A stretch of DNA of 43,019 nucleotides from a virus (lineage: Duplodnaviria; Caudoviricetes): positions 1 to 43,019 of IMG/VR virus record IMGVR_UViG_3300049893_001226; one strand, written 5' to 3'. The position numbers and the translations under genes are program-made. Below the pieces are notes generated by a model. That model was given only the letters and a program-made list of their open reading frames with translations, did no database searches and had not been told where the DNA came from. This document shows, piece by piece, positions 24,053 through 35,400 of the stretch. Each line of letters starts with the position of its first letter. The stretch's first letter is position 1.

Positions 24053-25383
24053 AAACTGATAACTGGTTGCGTTACGGTCATTCTTTGGATTAACTCAGCT
24101 CCCGAACACACATTTGAAAGCTCGACCACGTTGCTATCACTTGACCCGCAATTATCCGCCCTTACCCCGCAATAATAAGTAGTCCCACCCTGTAGTAAAG
24201 TGATGGAATCGCCTTGTAAGTGTACAATAGTTGAAGTTACAGTACTTTTAACTCTCATCGCCAAATATGTAGAACTAAATGGATTAGTAGCGTTTCTTAT
24301 ATATATATCATAACTTGTAATTGTCCCAGTTCCCGCCGCCCATTCAACATAAAATTTATTGTTGCTTAGTATTTCAAATTTAGTTATCCCCGCAAAAGTA
24401 GGCGCAGCGGCTGAGGGTATTTCTGGATTTAACCCAGCATTTAAATACTGTATATTGGTCGCCTCGGCACTCATTCCACTCCTATAAACTGTGTTAATCA
24501 TTTCAGCCGCAACCGCTGGGGTAAAATCATCACCTGCCAGGCTTGTATATGGATCGCTTGCGCCATCAATAGAGTCACCTAGCGAGTATATTGCCGAGGT
24601 TGTGCCTCCAAATTTTGCAGTGTTATTGTAAAAATAGTTTTGATTCTCCCAAACCCAAGATGTTCCTGTAGCGTTTGTTTGTATTCCTGTGGTGTTATTT
24701 GTAATTGAACACCGTGTCACCTGGGCATTATAATTACTTCCGTTATCAATTCCTTTTCCGTTTCCGTCTATTACACAACCGTCGACATTAGTGCAATAAG
24801 CAATCCCATGAACTGAGTTATTATGTACAACACTATTAACAATTGAGGTCAAACCCATAGTTACTCCGCGAGCATTACCGATTACTTGACAATATCCGAT
24901 ATCACCGTTTCCATTTGCAATTATTCCATAGCCTGTGTTATTTGAGGCTTTGCAATTAAGGTATGTCCCATGGTCATTTTGATAAGCACCGCCTGCATTA
25001 TTTCTAAAACTACAGTTATACATCCCTCCATACGATCCAGGTCGTAGACCGTAAGTTGTGGCCCGTATAAATTCAATATGTCTATAATGGCAATAATTGT
25101 AAGTGTGCGCCTCTATACAATATGCCCTTAAATTGGCTGCGTCCAGTATCGCAAGTGATCCGTCAATAGCTCCCGTCGTGGCATTTACTCCGACAAATCT
25201 TTTAGAATTACCAGTTACATTTAAAACCGCTGTCAATGTAATAGTCTCAGCGGAAAAATAAAGAAACTCCCCAGCACCTACGGCCGCTTCCTGGGCTACA
25301 AAATCGGAAATAGGGGCACGATTGGCAAAACTTGTTCCCGCCAAAGTACCCGCACCCGCTTGACTAATCCACCTGTTAGACAT
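24049..25383 (-). CDS. Right-handed beta-helix protein with FN3-like C-terminus (tailspike-like)
   Basis: Repeated NC..xNN..GI rungs; C-terminal VEW..ITSYDIY..TYYCGVRA. Confidence 0.7.
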   Translation of the reverse strand: MSNRWISQAGAGTLAGTSFANRAPISDFVAQEAAVGAGEFLYFSAETITLTAVLNVTGNSKRFVGVNATTGAIDGSLAILDAANLRAYCIEAHTYNYCHYRHIEFIRATTYGLRPGSYGGMYNCSFRNNAGGAYQNDHGTYLNCKASNNTGYGIIANGNGDIGYCQVIGNARGVTMGLTSIVNSVVHNNSVHGIAYCTNVDGCVIDGNGKGIDNGSNYNAQVTRCSITNNTTGIQTNATGTSWVWENQNYFYNNTAKFGGTTSAIYSLGDSIDGASDPYTSLAGDDFTPAVAAEMINTVYRSGMSAEATNIQYLNAGLNPEIPSAAAPTFAGITKFEILSNNKFYVEWAAGTGTITSYDIYIRNATNPFSSTYLAMRVKSTVTSTIVHLQGDSITLLQGGTTYYCGVRADNCGSSDSNVVELSNVCSGAELIQRMTVTQPVISL

Positions 25384-25521
25384 CTTTTAACTCTTTTTTA
25401 AAAATTCTTAATTCATCTTTTGTAAGTATGTTTTGGTTATTTTTAAGTATATTGCTAATTTTATCTTTATCTGCCTTTTTTAAATTTTTAGGGTTTTTTA
25501 AAGGGTTTATTTTAACAACTC

Positions 25522-25812
25522 TCACTGTGCCCATCCTGGTAATATAATTTCTGTATAGTCGTACTCGTTTTGGTTATAAGAGCAGTTTTCATCAATTACC
25601 CATGTGTTTTTAATATCCACGCCGTTCAAATTGCAATTTAAAAAAGTTAAATCTGCGACATCGTTAAAAATCTTTGTATATGGCTTAGATCTGCTTAAAT
25701 TACAGCTAATAAAAACATCGCCTTCCTGGACTGTTGGAAGTACTTTTGAGTTTAAAATCTCGCCATTATGTATATAATCATTAAGGCCCCAATTCTCGCC
25801 GTGGTATATCAT
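25522..25812 (-). CDS. Hypothetical protein
   Basis: Start placed at ATG 25812 (ATGA overlap with the upstream stop). Confidence 0.6.
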   Translation of the reverse strand: MIYHGENWGLNDYIHNGEILNSKVLPTVQEGDVFISCNLSRSKPYTKIFNDVADLTFLNCNLNGVDIKNTWVIDENCSYNQNEYDYTEIILPGWAQ

Positions 25813-26498
25813 GTTTTTAGTACTCCTGTTAAAAATCCAGTACCTGAATAAGTAAACGTCCAAGTGTTCGTACCGTCCGCAATGGTTGAAATTCTATCGG
25901 AACTATCATATGTTTTTGTGATTGTTTTTAGTGTTGCCCCTACCAATTTAACCAGCCCGCCAGTTTCCAGTCCGCTTGTATAGGTATGGGTTAACTCATC
26001 GTATTTTAAAGTATGTAGCCCCGCGTCGGATATATGAGTATCTACCGCCGTGTGTGTAGTTGACCCACCGTTTGCAAAGGTTGTTAGTTCGGTATTATCT
26101 GCGCTTGTCAAGTGGTAGTATTCCCCAGCCGTACCACCCTGTAAATCAGATCTGTTATTATGCAATACTGAGGCATCCGTAAAATGTATTGAGGCATCCG
26201 CCCTGTGGCTAATTGAGGAAGTTCTTTCGCTATCTAGTTGGGTGTGTGTTGCGGTTCCGCCGTTTAAAAATATGACCGCCTCGGCGCTGTCTGCACTGGT
26301 TAAATGGTAATACTCCCCAGTTGTTCCGCCCTGTATGCCTGTGAGGTCATTGTGGGCAAGGGAAGCATGGGCAATGTATGATTTAAGAAGAAGTCTGGTC
26401 TGTTTAATATCATTATCAAGGGAGTCAAACCACTCTAGCCAGTTCTTTGTAAAGTACTCTCTGTAAGTGTCGAAAGGTGGGATAGATGGCCGTCTCAT
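25809..26498 (-). CDS. Virion protein with internal repeats
   Basis: Two HN....IQGGT.GEYYHLTSAD repeats and H..DA..H motifs typical of fibre shafts. Confidence 0.65.
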   Translation of the reverse strand: MRRPSIPPFDTYREYFTKNWLEWFDSLDNDIKQTRLLLKSYIAHASLAHNDLTGIQGGTTGEYYHLTSADSAEAVIFLNGGTATHTQLDSERTSSISHRADASIHFTDASVLHNNRSDLQGGTAGEYYHLTSADNTELTTFANGGSTTHTAVDTHISDAGLHTLKYDELTHTYTSGLETGGLVKLVGATLKTITKTYDSSDRISTIADGTNTWTFTYSGTGFLTGVLKT

Positions 26499-27874
26499 TC
26501 CTCACCTTTTTGCTGTTGGTATAACATCCAAGGGCCTACTGGGGCAAGTGCTTTTAATATGTTAGGGTCTTGGGGGTCGAATGTGCCTTGGTTTCCTGTG
26601 GCGGATTTTATTTGGGTGGGGCTAAAAGCGATAACAGTATTACCAAGTAATGAAGGCCCTGAACCGTTATCTTTTATATTTTTAATAATTACGCCATCGT
26701 ATTTATTAGATTTTTTAGCCTCTTGCGCAATTTCGTTTACATTGTATTTTTTATTTTTAAAGTCAACATCAAACCAAGAGCCACTTTTCCCGTCAACAAT
26801 TAAAGGGTTTTTTAAAGAAATGAAAGATGGTATTATATTAGCTTTTTCTTTATACTCTCCATTAACTGTTTTAGTGTATCCACCCGCCACACTTGGTTTA
26901 CTGCTAAAAAAATGCAATCCTTCACCAGCCTCTTTCCATCTTTTATTTCCCGCTTTTTTATTATCAAACTCATCAAAGTCAATATCCGTACCATGATAAA
27001 CCACTAAAGGCTTACCCTCTTCGTCTACCACCTTGCTATCACCAAACCAGTTTTTGAAATTGGGGTTGTCAGTTATTGATGGTTTTGGCCTATAAATGTA
27101 CTCTTCTCCCATAGGTTCATTCATGTCGTCTAAAATTTCGCTTGCCTTAACTTTTTCCTCTATTATGTGTCCATTTCCTGCGTAATCTTTGGCAAGTTGT
27201 TTGTTAGTTGTAACAAAATCTCCCTTATTTATTTTGCTTTGGTTTTTTGGGGCGCCCCTGTAAATAGTAATGGTTTCATTTGGGTTAATTTTCATTGTTT
27301 TGTCAAGTGTTGTAATATTTTCTCCCAAATCGGCGATATACCTAAGTTCTGGATTATATTTTGTGAAAACAGTTCCTGTTGGGTTTACGCTAGTTACAAT
27401 ATTTTTACCAACCTTTTTAAGCCCTCCCAAGGCTAATCCACCTACTGCCATAGCTTTACCTACTGGGAATAAATTCTCTGCGTCTAGTAGGTTCTCTAGG
27501 CCAAATCCAACCATTCCGGCGGGGCTTCCTTTAAAAGGGCTTTCGCTTATTCCACTTCCACTGTATTGCATTGGTTTGGTTTGGTCTGGGCTATACTCTT
27601 TTTGGCTCAATCCCAAATTACCCGCTATTTCTTTTCCGCTCACATCGGGTACTTCTTCGGTTACTGATTTTGCTAGTCCCTTAAAAAACTCCCAAGGCTT
27701 ACCTGTCTTTATTGCTTCGTTTGTGGCGTATCTAATCGGTTTGGCTGTGTTGTCATCAAGGGTCTTTAATGCACCTGAAAAACTACTTGGAAACATAGGT
27801 TCAAAGTCTCTGGTTGCTCCCAAAGATCGTTTGGTTTCCTCTAGTTTCCTTTTCTTGTAGTCTTCCATGCTCAT
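26495..27874 (-). CDS. Probable ejected protein with two ADP-ribosyltransferase-like domains (polyvalent-protein type)
   Basis: ITIYRG..GDFVT...A..YA..EEYIY, then NFKNWFGDSKVVDEEGKPLVVYHGT..FFS..NPL..YDGVII..IAFSPTQIKS. Confidence 0.72.
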   Translation of the reverse strand: MSMEDYKKRKLEETKRSLGATRDFEPMFPSSFSGALKTLDDNTAKPIRYATNEAIKTGKPWEFFKGLAKSVTEEVPDVSGKEIAGNLGLSQKEYSPDQTKPMQYSGSGISESPFKGSPAGMVGFGLENLLDAENLFPVGKAMAVGGLALGGLKKVGKNIVTSVNPTGTVFTKYNPELRYIADLGENITTLDKTMKINPNETITIYRGAPKNQSKINKGDFVTTNKQLAKDYAGNGHIIEEKVKASEILDDMNEPMGEEYIYRPKPSITDNPNFKNWFGDSKVVDEEGKPLVVYHGTDIDFDEFDNKKAGNKRWKEAGEGLHFFSSKPSVAGGYTKTVNGEYKEKANIIPSFISLKNPLIVDGKSGSWFDVDFKNKKYNVNEIAQEAKKSNKYDGVIIKNIKDNGSGPSLLGNTVIAFSPTQIKSATGNQGTFDPQDPNILKALAPVGPWMLYQQQKGEE

Positions 27875-29457
27875 TTTTTAATCCAGTTCTTTTCTTGGCT
27901 AGGGTCTCCACCTTTAAAGATATATCCGTCTTTTTCTTCCCCGCGTTTTGGTAGTCCCTCGGTAATATCTTTCCCTGCTTTAATAGCGTTTATTCCTGCC
28001 TCGGTTACTCCGATTTTCTTTAGAGTGTTTTCAAGTTGCCCTATTTTCTTTGGGTCGTTGGTTTCTCTTAGTTTCTTTGTAGCCCATGTAAGGACTTTTA
28101 CGGTCTTAGGCGAATCTTGTGTCTTTAATGCAACCCAATAAGCAATTCCTGGCCATCCACTTGATATTGTGGCCATACCGCCCGCCATATCCCGAACATT
28201 AAATGGTAAATTCCTATTTTTTACTGCGCTTCTGGCTTCGGCAACATTGTTAATAGGTATCAAATCGGACATTATCCTATTAAGGTCTTTTATTTCTCCC
28301 TCTGGAAGTTTTTGCTCTAAAGCTTTTTTTAGTTTTAATGCCATTCTTGAGGCTATTTGTGACCAAATTTTGGAATCTGCGGGTATTGAGGCTTTTAATG
28401 ATTCTGCCATGTGTTCCCAGCCACCTTCTGACCCCATCTTTTTTTTCAGGGTTTGAGCGTCGGCAATATTTACAAATCCATTAGGTGCTATTTCTGTTAT
28501 ATCGTCTTCGAGTTTTTTTAAAGCTTTTTTTAATTCTGGTAAATTCCCAAAAAATTTAGCTTTTTCCGCTGTTGTATTAAGTTCGTTATCTAGCTCCCTG
28601 TATAATTCATTTAAATTTACCCTTACCCCGCCGTCTTTACCTTCTTTAATTAATTGTTTTACTCTACTGTTTGCTTTCGCAATTAACTCGCCAGATTTTT
28701 TATATATTTCGTCTTCGCTTCCCTGTAAGTTATATTTAAAAACATTTGCCTTTTTATATCCCTGTCTTATGTTTGCTTTTGTAGGCTTTAAAATTACAGT
28801 TTGTAATCTGCCTGCTAGTTTTTCGGTTCCTTTAGATATATTTTCAGCTCCGACTTTTTCCAGACCTTTTTCTATTCGTCCCTTAATAACTTTTGGGGTA
28901 ACTCCACTAACTTCTTTAACTAACCCGCCTGTTTTTTGAATAGCGTTTTTTGCGTTTCCTGCACTAAATGAAGGACTATTTAAAGCACTTGCCCCTAAGT
29001 AATTGACCCCAGCTAAACCCTTTTGAAATAGGTTACTTTCTGGGTCTGTCATCATTTTTTTAGAGGCTTCTTGAACTGGTCTAAAAATACCAGTACTGGG
29101 GTCAGCTAAACCCTCTTCAAAATTTTGTAATCTATTACCCCTCTGTTGTCCTGGTAGTATTGGCTCCAAAGCACTTCCTAGCCATCGGCCAGTATAAGAC
29201 CCTAAATCTGATACTGTAGCCCAGGCCTTTTGAAATGGTTTTCCCTCTTCCTTGTCCATGGCCATCCTGGTAGGCAAAACCTGCTCCCATGCCGTCGGGC
29301 CTTGTTTCCATCGCTCTTTTGTTATTGGTTCGGCCTGTTTAGGTGTTTTAACGGTGTCCATTGTCAACCCCTCGGCCTCCATTAGACTATCGATATTAGA
29401 ATCGTCAACAATAAGCCCTTCGGCTTTCATTAGTTCGTCGATTTCTTCTTCGGTCAT
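27871..29457 (-). CDS. Internal virion / DNA ejection protein
   Basis: 528 aa helical, Lys/Gly/Ala-rich; position after the tail genes. Confidence 0.6.
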   Translation of the reverse strand: MTEEEIDELMKAEGLIVDDSNIDSLMEAEGLTMDTVKTPKQAEPITKERWKQGPTAWEQVLPTRMAMDKEEGKPFQKAWATVSDLGSYTGRWLGSALEPILPGQQRGNRLQNFEEGLADPSTGIFRPVQEASKKMMTDPESNLFQKGLAGVNYLGASALNSPSFSAGNAKNAIQKTGGLVKEVSGVTPKVIKGRIEKGLEKVGAENISKGTEKLAGRLQTVILKPTKANIRQGYKKANVFKYNLQGSEDEIYKKSGELIAKANSRVKQLIKEGKDGGVRVNLNELYRELDNELNTTAEKAKFFGNLPELKKALKKLEDDITEIAPNGFVNIADAQTLKKKMGSEGGWEHMAESLKASIPADSKIWSQIASRMALKLKKALEQKLPEGEIKDLNRIMSDLIPINNVAEARSAVKNRNLPFNVRDMAGGMATISSGWPGIAYWVALKTQDSPKTVKVLTWATKKLRETNDPKKIGQLENTLKKIGVTEAGINAIKAGKDITEGLPKRGEEKDGYIFKGGDPSQEKNWIKK

Positions 29458-30698
29458 TGTTTACCGCCAAGCTGATCTATAATTGATTTAGATTTAGGAT
29501 TGTTTGGGTTCTCCCTTGCCCAGTCTAGGAGTTTTTGTTTTCCTATGGTTAATCCCTTTATATCGGTGATTATTTGCTTTTTTCTTACCGCTTCTTGTGC
29601 AGTAACTGCCAGGGCATCGTCCAATTTAAGAAGAATCTCCCCAACTGAATCATAGTAGCTTTCAGGTGATTGGTTGGGATCTAAATTAGCAATGGTTGAC
29701 TTAATAGTATCCCACTCTTGATTTGACATTGCCCCAAAAGTTGCCCCTGCATCCTTCATTTCTTTTATTGCTATTGGCAAAAGTGAGTTTACAGCGTACT
29801 CTAATTTTGCTTTAATATCTGCTCCTGTAGAACCTGGCATTGAGGCCAATCCTTTTCCAAGTCCAGCGTTACCCCACAAATCTTCATTATCATATATATA
29901 TTTCACATCGTCTTTTATTCTTTCAAATTTTCTTGTGGTATTTCCAAGGGTCTGTACACTGGCCTGTAGGTTAGCGTCTTGTTCAGCAAATTTTCGCTTT
30001 GCTTGGTCTTTTCTAATACCCAATGCCCCTGATTTAATTTCTAAATCTCTTTCTTTTAGTGCTTGGTCTCTTTTTTTCATTTCACTTTGAACTAAAACCC
30101 TACTCATTGCGCCCTTGTTTCGTGCGTCGATTAGTCCTAGTTCTTGGTCGTAATTTAGGCCTTTTCTTATGCTTGGGTTAATATGGCCCGTGTTTATTCC
30201 AGCTAAATAAGCCTCTTCTTCTGTTAATCCCCTTCGTTTCATTTCTGGGGCCATTTCTGGCATTGTTGCATCGTTTGGAACTTCGGGTTCCATTTGTAGG
30301 CTTTGATTTGGTTTTAATAGATTAGGCTCCATGCTTTGCCCAACTTGCATTGTTCCGCCAACTGGGATTCTTCGCCCTGTGGGTACTTGTTGACCTGTGG
30401 GTTCTAGTTTACCCTCTTCGTGTAGTTTTAAATAAGATTGGAAAGCTTTATTTTCTTGATCTTTCTTGGCTTGTTCGGTTTTACTCAAAGCAATCTGCTG
30501 TTTCTGTAGCTCCTTTTGCATCTCCAAGGCTTCCGCTTTTTGCTGTGCCTCTAGTTCTGCCTGTCTCTGTGCAATTAAGGCCATCTTGCGCTTCTCTATC
30601 ATGTCTCGCATGCTTCCAAGTACTTCACCGCCTTGCATTAGGGCGTTTCCAGCTATCTGCCAAGCGTTTTCTGTAGGGGGTTGAAAAGGATAGGCCAT
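29454..30698 (-). CDS. Internal virion / DNA ejection protein (P22 gp20-like role)
   Basis: Coiled coils, GATFGAMSNQEW..I...LDP.QS motif. Confidence 0.65.
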   Translation of the reverse strand: MAYPFQPPTENAWQIAGNALMQGGEVLGSMRDMIEKRKMALIAQRQAELEAQQKAEALEMQKELQKQQIALSKTEQAKKDQENKAFQSYLKLHEEGKLEPTGQQVPTGRRIPVGGTMQVGQSMEPNLLKPNQSLQMEPEVPNDATMPEMAPEMKRRGLTEEEAYLAGINTGHINPSIRKGLNYDQELGLIDARNKGAMSRVLVQSEMKKRDQALKERDLEIKSGALGIRKDQAKRKFAEQDANLQASVQTLGNTTRKFERIKDDVKYIYDNEDLWGNAGLGKGLASMPGSTGADIKAKLEYAVNSLLPIAIKEMKDAGATFGAMSNQEWDTIKSTIANLDPNQSPESYYDSVGEILLKLDDALAVTAQEAVRKKQIITDIKGLTIGKQKLLDWARENPNNPKSKSIIDQLGGKQ

Positions 30699-31054
30699 TA
30701 CATGCCCACCCTTGAAGCGTAGTTTCCGTAAGAGCTTAAAGCCCTGTCTTCTTCGCCTTGGGCGTAGTTTCCGTATTTAAGGGCTTGGTCAAGTTCTAGC
30801 TGTCTTTCCTGTTTGGCTTCTTGCTGTCTCAATCGCTCTTGTTCCGCCTCCCACATTTTTCTTTGTAATTCGTATTGCTTTTCCATTGCTTGATTTTGTT
30901 TGTATGCTCCATAGGCTCCTAGTCCTATTCCTGCAATCGAGGCTATAGGGCTTGCAATACTTGCGAAAGTCTGGGCTCCTTGGGCGAAGGGGCTAAGTCC
31001 TTGGGCTGTGTTTTGGTAGTTAAAACCTTGGTATGTTGGGTCTGGTGTGAACAT
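30698..31054 (-). CDS. Small ejection/pilot protein (P22 gp7-like role)
   Basis: Gly/Ala hydrophobic stretch followed by a Gln-rich coiled coil. Confidence 0.55.
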   Translation of the reverse strand: MFTPDPTYQGFNYQNTAQGLSPFAQGAQTFASIASPIASIAGIGLGAYGAYKQNQAMEKQYELQRKMWEAEQERLRQQEAKQERQLELDQALKYGNYAQGEEDRALSSYGNYASRVGM

Positions 31055-31063
31055 TATTTGCTC

Positions 31064-32359
31064 CTATGCCTGCAGCTGTTGGGGGGTTATATCGCTTAGG
31101 TTGTTTCCTAAGCTTGTACCTACTCGCCTGTATATGTACTTCTTTTCGCCTGTTTTCGGGTTAATTAATTCGACGTAATCGGTGGTGTGTTTTTGTCCAT
31201 CTATTTTAAAATGACCCGCGGTGCCTAGTTTATAAGGTGTCCCCTCGATGTTTATCATGCCGTCAGGGTTGTTCTTTTTAAACTCCAATACTTCGGTGGA
31301 ATGTACTGGCACGGCTCCAACTGCATAGCTCTCCCACTCATTACTTGATTTTAAAGTATTTTCTTCTTCTGGTGTTAAAGGTTGTCCAAGTCTTTGTTTT
31401 TCTTCAATTGCCTGTAGTTCTCTGGCTGTAGTGGCATCTTCCAAAGGTTTGTTTTTGGCTTCGTCGCGTGCTATCATTCTATCCCTAACTAGCTTAATTC
31501 CTTCGGGTGTTTTTGGATCTATTCCAGTTGTGGCTCGTATCCATCCCTCGGCTTCGGCTTGTAGCTGTTGCATGTTGTCCATGCCTCTATAATTTTCGTT
31601 TATGGTTCCACCTTTATCTATAACATTCTGTAATGCTACGGCTGGGTTTATTCCACTTGCAACCTGCCTATTAAATTCCTGTCTCCCCTTTGTGTCTTGG
31701 ATTAGTGCAGAATATCGGCTAGTTTGTTGGTCTACGTACCCTCTTTCCCCTAGTGCCTTGGCAAATTCAGAATCTTCTAAACCGCTTGCTCTATTCATTG
31801 CCAATTCTGATTCGCTTCTTTGTACTGCGTTGGCTTGGTTCTGCTCGGCTAGGTTGGCACTATTTGCCCCTGCCTGCCCTTCCATCAATGCCCTTTGATA
31901 TTGTCTACTGCCTGCCCCAAATGGACTTTGAGCCATCATTTCTTGGGTTTGTTTTTGGGTCTGGTAATTCCTTCTTGACGCGTTTGTGTCGGCTGTGTTT
32001 TGGGCGTTTACGGCTACTGAGCTTGGTTTTAATAGATTATCAGTAACTCTTTGTTGGTATATTTTCCCTGCCTCTGTGATCATACCAGGGGTTTGTAGGC
32101 CGTTGTTTGGTTGTTGTATCTGTACGGCTTGGTTTGTTGGTGCTTGCCGTACAACCGTTTCTGGTTGCGCTTGTTTAGTTGTAATAGCATTTTGAAGGCC
32201 ACTTTGTAGCTGTTGTTTTAGTCTATCCGCATAACCTAATAATGGGTTTTTAATCCCTAAACCTATGTTATTGTTTTGTGGTTGGATTGGTGGTTTTGGG
32301 GCCGTTGAGTCCTCAATTTGCTTTTGTTCATTTCTTAATGTGTCAGTTCTAAATGCCAT
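31064..32359 (-). CDS. Internal virion protein
   Basis: 431 aa Gln-rich helical; GAGG RBS. Confidence 0.55.
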   Translation of the reverse strand: MAFRTDTLRNEQKQIEDSTAPKPPIQPQNNNIGLGIKNPLLGYADRLKQQLQSGLQNAITTKQAQPETVVRQAPTNQAVQIQQPNNGLQTPGMITEAGKIYQQRVTDNLLKPSSVAVNAQNTADTNASRRNYQTQKQTQEMMAQSPFGAGSRQYQRALMEGQAGANSANLAEQNQANAVQRSESELAMNRASGLEDSEFAKALGERGYVDQQTSRYSALIQDTKGRQEFNRQVASGINPAVALQNVIDKGGTINENYRGMDNMQQLQAEAEGWIRATTGIDPKTPEGIKLVRDRMIARDEAKNKPLEDATTARELQAIEEKQRLGQPLTPEEENTLKSSNEWESYAVGAVPVHSTEVLEFKKNNPDGMINIEGTPYKLGTAGHFKIDGQKHTTDYVELINPKTGEKKYIYRRVGTSLGNNLSDITPQQLQA

Positions 32360-32408
32360 TATTTACCTCTTCTTAAATATACTTTAAATTGTGTTGTTGG
32401 GGTTGACA

Positions 32409-35400
32409 TTAAGCTGTCTTCCTACTTATCTCTTGCCAGTAAGTGCCATCAAACCAAACATGTAAAACGGTGTCGGATGCGCAAACTAAATCCGCAGATC
32501 CTTGAAGTTTAAACATTCCCGCTTGTTTTGTCATTGTGTGCGTACCTGTACCTGCGTCTGTGTATGGTATATATGTTCCAGCAATAGCGTTGGCGAGTGA
32601 TGTCGCAACCCTAGAAGTAGTGCCAGACACTCTCACAATCCAGTAATCAGTTGCCAAACTTAACCCTGTTGGCAAAGTGGTTGTGGTGGTAAACCTAACT
32701 TTCTCTAAGGTCTGAAAGTCATCTGTATATGTTAATAAAAGACCTGAAGAACTAGACGCTGTGAATGTGTTTGCCATTGCTGTATTGTGTTTTACAGTAG
32801 GCGTACCAGAAAATTGCAATACAATATCTGTACCAGATTGCACTCCTGTACTTGTCATACCATTTATTTGTGTATTTCCAGTAACAACAAATTTATTTCC
32901 TTCGGCTGTCAGAACTAAATCGTTTGCAGCAGTTAGATTCGCACCCTTGCTCATTTCTACACGCCGAGGAAAACTTACATAATCTTTACCTGTAAGGATA
33001 TTCATTACTGATGTACCAGATACGGCTCTAAGATTAAAATCAAAACTAGAGCCTGTTAATGCTTGGGCTACAAATCCAGATATTAGAGTGCTATATATTT
33101 TCCCTGCACCACTACCATCAAGAAAATCTACTGTATATGGGTCTGCTATTTTTAGCGCTCTCCATACATTAGACGAAACATCCCATATTACCATGCACAC
33201 ATCATTAGTATTTAATACTAAATCCGTCCCGCTATGCGTTGTAAATTTATTGCCAGATGATGAGCGAGAACCGTTATTTGTTAAGGTTATAACAAAAGAT
33301 GATACATTGGATAAGAGTAAAAATCTGCCAGTCCTAGTTGACTCTATTCCAGATATTTTGGTTGTAGAATCAGGGTTTAACCTTATGAATGTACCATGGC
33401 CAATATCATAATTATCTAATAATAAAGTTCCTGTTCCGCTTGTTGTTGCCCCGATACCTGTTAAAGCCTCGGAAGCGTTAAAAATAGCCCCAGAATATTT
33501 AAGATGTATATATCCGCTTGCTGGCATTGGCGCACCTGGGGCCGTAGCTGACCCACCAAGAGTTGCGCATACTTCAACCAAATAACCAGTCGAAGCGCTT
33601 GTATTGCCTGTAATTAGAGTATCAGAAGCTGGGACATTACCTGTTCCACTAACATAAGGAATCCATCGATTAATTAGATTTTGTGAAGCCCCATTTGTAC
33701 TTGCGTTAATACCTGTTAAAGCCTCGTCAGCACCAAAGGGAACTTGGACATTTTCTAAGTGTAAAAATCCAGTGGCAGGCATCTCTTTTCCAGCTGTCAA
33801 ATAAGCCCCCGCAACGGTAGCAGTCAATCCTAAAAGCGTTCCTCTCGCCCCCGTATCAACACCGACAATCTCGGTTGAAGCTGAGGGTATGAAACTCCTA
33901 TGAACGGTATGTGTTCCTGTTCCAGCGTTTGTATAAGCAATGTATGTACCCGCTTTTAAATTAGCCCTAGAAGTTGCGATATAAAAGGAAGTTGAAACGG
34001 CGTCCTCATCATCGTCAACAAATATATAGTAGTCAGTATCTACCGCAAGCCCTGTAGGCAATGCCCCGCCACTATTGGTAAATCTTACTTTATCGTTTGT
34101 GGCGTAGGTTCCTGTGTAATCCCCTAAAAGCTTTCCAGTCTGTGTTGCACCACTTGTAAAAGTAACAGTACTTGATTGAGACTGCCCCCCGTCAAACGGA
34201 ATCCATAATTGATCTAATTCATAAGGGTTAAATCTAGGAAAGTATGTAGAACCCCTGTCACTTTCAAATACAGTTACATTGTTTTCATCGGTTAGGTTTA
34301 TTCTGGGTTGTTTACCCATGAATTTATAATCACCTTTGTAAGCATCAACATATTTCCCATACTGTTTTGATCCCGAAACAGTTAAAGTTCCACCAGGTCG
34401 AGAAAATATAATGTCAGCTTCGCCAATAGATTTGGCACTGCTTCCAATGGCTACTGAGGCGTTTGTGGTTACATTTATTAACTTTATAGATGAATCATAC
34501 CCAGGACAATCCCAAACATTATCAGTGGCTAGGGTAAATAGCCCGTAATCACCCGAAACTTGAGGGTCTCCTGCGTCTGGTCTTTGGACTACATTTCTAA
34601 TCTCACTTGGAGCATTGAAAGTAGTTCCAGCCTGTTTAAACGCCCAACGGTCTTCCATTCTCCAACCATTAATTATTAATTGGTCGTAGGATACAATGGC
34701 CCAAGGGATATCAGTAGAACTTGGAAGATTCCCAATATAGTTTGTATTTGATATTTCATCAGCCGATGCACTTCTACCATATACAACCCCAGCACTACCA
34801 GCACGGGTTGAAACTATTCCATTAATTATTAAACCACCAAGCCTTTGCCAAACATGGTGTTTATGTGCTCTAGTTGTGGGTGGGTCAAAGTAAAGATTAT
34901 TGCATACGCCAAATTCTAAGTTACCAGCATTTACAAAAAAACCGATTGATTCAAGCCCAGAAATATCCGTAAAATTTGTGTCGTCAATTAGCGAACCACC
35001 ATTAAAGCGCAAATTCTCGATGGATAGGTTCTCAAATTGTGCGGCGTTAGGGTCTTCTAAGTCTCCGTCAACATAAGAGCCAAGCACAAAACCTGCTTTT
35101 ATATATCCTACAAAAGAAAGGTTTCTCATAGAAATTCCACGATTATTATAAGTTGTTTCACTAATTGCGCCTCGGCCTGATCCTTCACAGTATAAGCCAA
35201 ATCCACAAAGATCATTAGAATGAAAAAAGATATTATCGATAGAAAAACACTTTGTATTTATTTCCTCTGTAGTCTTATTAACTTTTAAAACGGCTTTTGT
35301 AGCGTCTAAAGTACCAGTATATTTAAAGCCAACGGAAGCATTATAAGCGTTTGTGCCGTCTGGATTAATAAACCTAGTTCCTTGAATGTGTACGCCAAAA

